From NCBI RefSeq assembly GCF_009914755.1, contig NC_060930.1: a stretch of 64,000 nucleotides of DNA, one strand, 5' to 3'. Made by a program: the position numbers and the translations under genes. Of the stretch, positions 56,166 to 64,000 are shown in pieces. Below the pieces are notes generated by a model. The model was given only the letters and a program-made list of their open reading frames with translations, ran no database searches and had not been told where the DNA came from. Source of the stretch: the human T2T-CHM13v2.0 reference genome, Homo sapiens. The number at the start of each line of letters is the position of its first letter. The first letter of the stretch is position 1.

Positions 56166-58106
56166 TCAAATACCAAGCCCATCACCAGATGTTGCATACA
56201 TGTGTCACTTAAGATGGCAGAAGGTCAGTCATGGAAACTGGGTGGCAGCTTAGGGCAGTATAAACTGATCAGGCAGGCTCAAGTGCACTTTTCCAATGGG
56301 AGTCTTCAGCCTTTGGGTTGCATGAAGACATTATACCTTGAAGGGTAGATCTACCAAAGAAAAGTGGGGTCCTTTGAGGTGAGTTGTAGGAGCTTCCAAG
56401 AAGATGGATTTCACATTCCACCAAGATCTCTAGGAGGTCAGCTTATCCCCTGACCAGCCTTCACCACCAGGCAGATGAAGGGGCTTTGCCAGGGCCATCA
56501 CTAGGAGGGCAGATGTGACATAGAGAGAAGGCATTGCTGCAGCCAGGAGCACTAAGAAATGCTGGAACAGAGGCAAAGCTAACCCCATTGCTGAGATCAC
56601 CTCAGGCCCTGGCTTTTACCCCACCTGCCTTGGATAGCCAGAGCTCTGCACTGACTATGTGAATTCACAAGAAGCTTAAATGTTTCCCTTCTCTATTTAA
56701 ATAGGAAGGCTATTGTGTATGAGTGTACAGGTTGTACTCTGCACACTGGGGTTTGGAAGAGGAGACACACCATATATATTCCCCAAGTCATGAAAGAAAT
56801 AAAGAAAAGACAAAGATAACCTAGGTCAAACAATGAAAGAACCAAAAATGGAAAGAGGAAGAAAGTACATGAAGTCGTGAAACAAAATCCTGAAGGTAAG
56901 ATCAAGCATTTTGAAAATGATATCAAATGGGAATAAATTATACAAATTTACTTGCTCAAGTTTGGTTTAAAAGAAAAAAAAATCAAACGCACATTGTTTA
57001 CAAGAGAATCATAAAACAAAGTGGTATATAAAGGCTTGAAAAAATAAAGGACAAAAATCGGGCAAACACACAAACAAAAGCAGAAATGACAATTGGAATA
57101 GTAGACAAATAATTAAATTAAAACATACAAAGTAGGACAAAGAAGGGCATTTTATAATGCTAAAAACATACCAATGAACCTCTAACAACAATGACTGACA
57201 AAAAAATAGAACTGAAATATGTAAAACAAAAAAGTGGAAAACATTACTACAATAAGAGAAACAATAACAGCAAACAGTCACATAACATTTATTATGTGCC
57301 AGACACTGTTCTAGAGCATCTTATAGATATGAACTAATTTAATTTTCATAACAATAAAAGGAAATCAGTACTACTATTAGCATCATTGTACAGATGAAGA
57401 AATTGAGACAGAGAGAATTACATCAGTCTTCAAAGATTCCCAACCAGTAACATGCCCTGTCTCTGGTGCAGGGAGAAGCTAAGTAAGGAATAACCTGAAA
57501 ATTCCCATAAGGAATAAGGGGGTACTTATCCCTCCCTTTACTTAAGCTAAACTCTCATTGACTTTCCAAAGACAAAACCACCTGAATAATCTGTCAGCAA
57601 AGGTCTTCTATGATGTCTATGGTCCCTTCAGCTATATCAGTCTGTGACTGTCACACACACACAGATTAATGTCTTTTGGAATGTGTTCTAGCCTGATGTC
57701 CCAGTTAAAACAAATCCTTTGAGAACATACATTCTGCTCAATCCTTCAAATCTGCTTTGTTGTTATTGTTGTCAGTTTAACAGAGTGGAAGACTTAGGCC
57801 TAGTGGTTGTAATTTAGTGAAGGAAGGAACCCTGGGAGGTCTCTCTTGAAGCTACATTGGTGTTCCCTTGACACCACCACTTATTTCAGAATATAGCAAG
57901 TGGTAGCCCAGCAAATACACTGACCTGAGTTTACATTCACCCCTTCTCCTCATTTGCAACATTTTTTCTTATGTTGCAACTATGGGAAGAATGTTTTTTC
58001 TCCCCCTAAAGTTTTTTCTCCTTAAACTTTTTGTAAGAACCATTGTCAGTCAGGAAATCAGAAAAATGTGACAAGAAAAATTATAGCAGATATGGATATA
58101 ACTCAC

Positions 58107-58208
58107 CAAAGGATGAATAGTAGACTCGTAATTCCAGTTCAGTGCAGCTTTGGAAGAATAAATCACAATAAACATGAGGCACAAAGTGGTTCTCCTTGGG
58201 GATTTCAT
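58107..58208 (-). CDS. ADGRF5: ADGRF5 exon 2 coding part (aa 1-34, signal peptide); exon spans 58107-58232 with 24 nt of 5'UTR
   Basis: MKSPRRTTLCLMFIVIYSSKAALNWNYESTIHPL; acceptor catttcag, donor TTG|gtgagt. Confidence 0.96.
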
Positions 58209-58799
58209 GTCTTCAAGTTTGAGTTGGTTGGCCTGAAATGGAAATATGATGGTTTAGATATACAGCAATTTATTTCTTAAACAAGGAAAAAGAACTCGCA
58301 AGCCCTGTCTTAAAGGTCATCCTACACAAGAACTTTTCAAAAGAGACACAAAAGGAAGGAGGAGCATGAAGGAATCAACTTAGCATTCTCTGCCCAGACC
58401 TTTGGGTGAAGAAATGGTCACAGTAGGGGAATGCGGGTTGATAGGCTGAGAATGGTGCCTGTAAATAGGACAAAGGTAGCAGATGTTTGAGTAAGAAATA
58501 CTTACACATAATTTATGAACAAAAAGACTCAGAGAACACTATTCATTTTCGCTACATGCAATATACTTTGGTATTTTCAATTCTATCATAGAGTATCTTT
58601 CCACATTTTTAATTTAATTCTGGTAGCATCCCATTAAATGGACATCATGACCCATATTAATGGACTATGACCCATTAGTATGAAAACTGCTGGACTTGGT
58701 TATAAAAAATGTAAGTTGTATCTTACAGTATTATTTCATATTATAGTGCATAATATAGAATATTAGTATCATTATATATCCCATCTTATTCATTGAGTT

Positions 58800-58950
58800 C
58801 TTTTTATTTTATTTATTTATTTTTTTTATTTTTTGAGACAGGGTTTCACTCTATTGCCCAGGCTGGTCTTGAATTCCTGTCCTCAAGCAATCCTCCTGCC
58901 TCAGCCTCCCAAAGTGCCAGGATTACAGACGTAAGTCATCATGCCTGGCC
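58800..58950 (-). mobile_element. Alu monomer (FLAM-like)
   Basis: T-rich tail plus a single arm gagacagggtttcactctattgcccaggctggtcttgaa...catgcctggcc. Confidence 0.8.
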
Positions 58951-61137
58951 TTATGTGTTGATTTTTTAAAATTCATTTTATAATGCTGATGATGAAAATA
59001 GCTTTTTGGTGATGAGATGAATCATTTTTGACATTTTTTCACTTAAAAAGTAGGGTGTCACACGGAATAACCTCCACCCTAGAAGGTCTAGGGACCAAGA
59101 CAATCTACTTTGTGCACACTCCTCTCCTTGTAGCTTTTCTATGCCCAGGTGTTGTTGTGAAAAGAATGCTAGACTGAGAGACACAAGATATGGGTTAGGA
59201 TCCAGGATTACTAGAAACTAACTGTGTCCTGTGTAAGTAATTTGTCTTCTCTGAGTCCAAGTTTTCCCATCTGTAAAACGGGGATAATTGTACCTCCCCT
59301 AATTCTCTCACAGAGTTTTCTGAGACTCGAATGAGATTAAAAGGCATGAAGAACTCCAGAAATGCAGGCTGCAATAATTATTACTCTGATCGTCAATAGA
59401 ATCCAGAATGCAACCATCCAGAAGGGCAGGCTTTGGCTGCAGTGTTGCAGGGAGCGCCAGGTAAGCATGGCCAGGATAACACACTGATGATAGGCAAGAT
59501 TTACATGCCAGGGAAAATTGTATTTCAATTGCCAGCTGACAACTGCCACCTTTTCCTCTTCCTCAGTGGAAAACTGGAAAACTGATCCAATTTGCAAATT
59601 TGGCAATCAAACACATTTTTTAAATTCTTCAACTCAATGGTTTGGGGGAAATGCTTTGCAATTTAGGTTATAGTAGTTGTTTAAGACCAGATGCATCTGC
59701 TATGGGGAAATCATAGCAATGTACTGCTTAATTTTCTATTGGAAGTTTTATCTTCCTTTTTGAAAGACAGTGTGTCTTTGTGGGTATTGAACAGGCTAAT
59801 ACAGAATGAGTCAGGTATTTAGGAGGCAAAGTAGTCTTTTCAGGCCCCAACCTCAGTTGGTTCCCTACTGAGGCAGTTAATCAAGGAGACGAGACTTAGT
59901 AACTGAATAGTTAATGAGCCTCCCTTCGAATCTGATAACCAAGGAAGAACTTACATACTAGAAGGACTAGAGCTGGCTCCATATCTTTCTACGATTTCCC
60001 AGTGTTGGCATTGCATCCTTTTTTTGGTCAGTTAGCAAGAATTACAATGTTTTCAAATAGTCATGTCTGGCCCTTTTGTACAGGCCATTGGCCAATACTG
60101 TCCCCATCTTCCCCCACCCCTGCCTCTGCTGAGACTATTTTTAATAAATTAACATTCTTATCTATGTTGACTTATTTGTTGACAACAAGATTGCAAGCCA
60201 AAAGAAATGGAGATGTAGGAAGGATGCTACCACGGGGAGGCGGGTGTTCTCTGGATGCAGAAGATGATATACAGTCATCAGTTACACACAAATGTCAGGG
60301 ATTCTTCACTCAAAAGAAAGGAGAAAGCCACCACTTTGAAAGAAAGGAAATAGTCAATATATTTGACAACCTGTATGGAATGGACCTGACCAATGGGAAC
60401 AGTGACACGAGCTGAAATTCACTTCAGCTTTTGGGGTTGCTGCCACACTTGGGTAGAGACCTAAAGATCAACTTTTCTTTAACCTGCATCATTAATCGTA
60501 TAAACCTTCCAGCTCACAGGTATCCATACCTGTGAGGAAGCAAGCAAAAACTGTTTAACTTGGCCAATGTGGGGGAAAAGTCTATATTCATCCAGTTAAA
60601 AATATGGAGCAGCATCCCATATTCAAGGCAGTTTGTCTTCAGTAGGGGCCCTTTAATGCTAAATTCCCTAAAAGTTCATATTTCTTCTAAAATTCCTGGA
60701 GTAAACGGCAGACAAAGACTGAGAGACAAAGAGAGAAACAGAGGCAGAGAAAGAAAGAACATTATCAGATGTCATTCCCGATCTCCTTCTCTTTTTAAAT
60801 TAAAATCCAGGACACTCTCTACTAAAACTCACCAAAGCTGGGAAATATGCCCTAGCCCTCAGTATTAGCCTTGCGGCTCTGAGCAACTTCCTGGTCTCCT
60901 CTGACTCTATTTTCCTGTCTGTGAAGTTAGAAGACAGGGAGAGGAAAATAAAGCACAGCCTGACATCATATGCCAGGAATAAGTCATCAAGATTCTCAGC
61001 AACACTGCATCTGGAGGATGAATGATCTGGGTTCCCTGAAGCCACCATTAATGGCATTCTCTTGCAGAGTGATTATGCACCAGGAAGCTTCACTGTGGAA
61101 CTGGCCTGTTCTTACAACCCTTAGAAACAACCGGTGC

Positions 61138-61488
61138 TGGCTGGGTGTGGTAATGCATGCCTGCAATCCCAGCATTTTCAGAGGGCAAGGAGAAAGGATC
61201 ACTTGAAGCCAGGAGTTCAAGACCAGCCTGAGCAACAAACTGAGACTCTGTATTATACCAAAACAAACAAAAACAAAAAAGTTTTTTTTTTTGTAAATAG
61301 CCAGGTGCACTGGCATGCACCCATAATCCTAGCTACTCAGGGGGCTGAGGTGGGGAGATGGCTTGAGTCCATGAGCCCTGGAGTTCGAGGCTGCAGTGAG
61401 CTATGATTTCACCATTCTAGTCCAACCTCTAACAGAGCAAGACCCTATCTCTCAATAAAATAAAATAAAATAAAATAAAATAAAAAAT
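61138..61488 (+). mobile_element. AluJ with expanded middle tract and (TAAAA)n tail
   Basis: Both arms recognisable. Confidence 0.85.
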
Positions 61489-61694
61489 AGAGAAACAATC
61501 AGTGCTTAAGATCAACTCTTCTCTTAGAAATCCTTCATCAGCCCTGAGATCAGAAAACTAGGCCTAGAAAGAGCTGAGTGTCTCAGAGCTCAGAGGTGGC
61601 TAGGAGCTGAGTTCGTCAGAACTCCAAGAGATCTACCAATGATTCTCAAAATTTTAGCCAATGATATCCTCCGACAGTTGGAGCAACCATTTAT

Positions 61695-61874
61695 GATAGG
61701 ATTGTGGGTAATAATTGCTGGTGGTTATTAATTGGCTATTAATTATAATTGGTGGGTAATAATTGCTGGTGACAATGACTGTAGGATAGGATTGTGGGTA
61801 ATAATTGCCAGTGGTTATTAATTGGTTATTAATTATAATTGGTGGGTAATAATTGCTAGTGAAAATGAATGTAG
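61695..61874. repeat. Two-copy 90-bp tandem duplication
   Basis: gataggattgtgggtaataattgc...gtag at 61695-61784 and 61785-61874. Confidence 0.93.
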
Positions 61875-64000
61875 GAGTCCTGTCTTACTGGGTGCTCACT
61901 ATATTCTAGGTCTGCTGCTGAGCTCTCTGCAAGGGTTACGCCCTCTAACCCTCTCAAGGAGCCTCTGATACTATTAAATTACCCCCATTTTTCAGACATG
62001 GAAAAGGAAGCTTAGAAGGATGATTAATTCACTGAGGCCACACAGCTGATAGACGGTAGTGGCAAAATTATAAACAAAGCAGTCTATTCTCCTGAGAACA
62101 AGGTGCCATTTGAGCTAAGAGATTTTCTTGGTGGGAAATCAACCAACCAACCAAACAAACAAACAAACAAACAAACAAATTATAAGTTATAGACACCTGA
62201 CCAGGCAACTGGAAAAAAACTTCTAGCCTCATTTTGCCACTAATTAGCTGTGTGATGTGGGGCAAGTCACTTTATCTCTCTGAGCCTGTTTTCTTATCAG
62301 TAAATCCAGGGATTTGACTGCACTCAATAATTTCAAAATTGGGATGCAGGAGTTGGTCTCTTGAAGTCCTGTTACTATTTTAAGAGTCTAAAATTCTTCA
62401 CAGTTATTTCAACTCAAATGCAGGCTCACTCTGGTTAACTTCTGAGAATAATCATAACTATCTTGCATTTATCTCACCACTTCTGACTTACTACACAGTC
62501 TAGGCCTTCTCTGCCCCTCATGTACACCATGGCAATGGCTTCCCTTCTTTACTTCTCTGCTCCCTCTCTACAGAGAGGCAAGATGGGTTTTCCTGAAGTA
62601 CTCTTCACACAACATTCCCTGTTCAATTTTTCCCTGCTTTCAGAATAAAGGAAATCACTTTCACTGATCCTCAAGGCTCTCCATAACCTGGACTTTATTT
62701 AGAAGAGTCAGCATATGTAATAAGCATCTATAATACTTTCACTACCAAAGTCAGCTGCTTTTTCATAAGTTAAAATAGTGCAAGAGATTTTCCAATGCTC
62801 ACGCAAAAGTAAAAATGCCAAGTCAAACTTTGAGAATTAATTTTGGGGAGGGACAGGAGTAATTACTGTCAAACAATTTTTCTGTGTTTGGCGAAACCAA
62901 AATAACCCTATCATTTATTTGGTTTATTAATCTCCATCTTTTCCTGTCCCCTAACCCCACACAATCACTGCATATTCAGATTCTACCCATCCTTCAATGC
63001 CCAGGCAAAGGGCTCCCTCACAGATGAAGGTTTCCTGATCTGTCCAGTTATAAATAGTCTCTACTTCCCCTGAACACCTACACACACTTAGTCTAGGCCT
63101 TTAGCCTTCCTGCTTGTATTATATTTATTGTTATATCTATTGCACGAAGTAAATCTATTTATTCCCTTATCTATTCATTTGTGTATTCCTTTACTGGAAA
63201 AACATTTATTAAGTCCTGTTACATGTTAAGAGTTCTACTGAGTGAAGGGGAAGTAGCAGTAAACAAGACAACGGTCCCTGTCTCCATGAAGCTTAAAGTC
63301 TAATGAAGTAGATGAACATTATTAAAGAATAAATTACTCAATTCATTGTTTAACTATGACTGTGAAAGTGCTACCGAGAACAGTAATCATAATATTAATA
63401 TTTGTTGAGGACTTACTATATACCAGGCACTAAACTCAGCACCGACAATATTAAATCACTGAGTCTTTACAATTCTAATGGGGTGGTTCTAGTATGATAT
63501 CTAATTAAAGGGTACAGATCTGGTATGATATAAAATTAACTGAGCCACTGAGTGGTTAAATAACTTGCCTGAGATAACACAGCTAGTAAGTGACAGAGCC
63601 AGGATTTGAACCTAGAAAGTCTAACTCAAGAGCCCATCCCTTTAACCATTGTGCAGAATTGTTTACAAAAGGCTATACCAGAAGGACCTGACCTAGTCTT
63701 AGGGATTTGTGGAAGATATTCCAGGGGAAGTATTTATTTGAGCTGAAACCTAAAGCATAAGTTGGAGTTAGCTAAAAACAACAGGGGAGTTTGGAAGAAG
63801 GGGAGGAAGATGGTTCTAGGTGGAAAAAAAAGATCATGTGAAAAGTCCCTGAGGTGAAGAAAGAGCATGACACATTTGAGGAGCTGCAAGCAGGCCAGAG
63901 TGGCTGGAACATGAAAAGAGAGCAGGTGAAGGGTACGAGGCAGACGGGGTGAGGTGAGCAGAGGCCAGGATGGGGAGGACTTGTCATTGCAACAACAGGA

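Larger units (their letters stand above)
54900..60550 (+). ncRNA. Probable spliced antisense lncRNA overlapping exon 2 (ADGRF5-AS1-like); bounds uncertain
   Basis: Strong + strand donors at 55025, 56896 and 59461, acceptor-like sites, and recollection of an annotated antisense RNA at this locus. Confidence 0.35.

Noticed and set aside
61695-61874. Repeat-spacer-like pattern suggesting CRISPR
   Set aside because: The spacers are themselves duplicated, there are no cas genes and the context is a primate intron; it is a tandem duplication.

Overview
Human-type (Alu-rich primate) genomic DNA. The window holds nearly all of ADGRF5 (GPR116/Ig-Hepta), an adhesion GPCR gene, on the minus strand. I traced 20 coding exons by hand, from ATG at 58208 to TAA at 5466. 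All introns are GT-AG, and the spliced CDS is 4041 nt (1346 aa plus stop), intact. Domain order: signal peptide, furin site RQKR, Cys-rich segment, SEA domain (G|SVVV), Ig-like repeats, HormR-like segment, GAIN/GPS (HL|TSFSILM), 7TM, Ser-rich tail. The ~1.5 kb 3'UTR ends near 3990; the non-coding first exon and promoter lie beyond 64000. Exon numbering assumes one upstream non-coding exon. Introns carry Alus, MIR/L2, MaLR/ERV LTRs, MER DNA transposons and microsatellites. I see no CRISPR, tRNA/rRNA or prokaryote-like system, and no evidence of a wholly new system. Best second-look items: a candidate dual-donor cassette exon in the last intron; an ancient three-exon duplication in the Ig region; a 44-bp inverted copy of unique flank inside a TA-rich tract; a probable spliced antisense RNA over the start exon; a consensus CTCF site in a CpG-rich patch; tandem poly(A) sites; and rearranged or inverted Alus. 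Repeat family names are from recall of consensus sequences and their boundaries are approximate.
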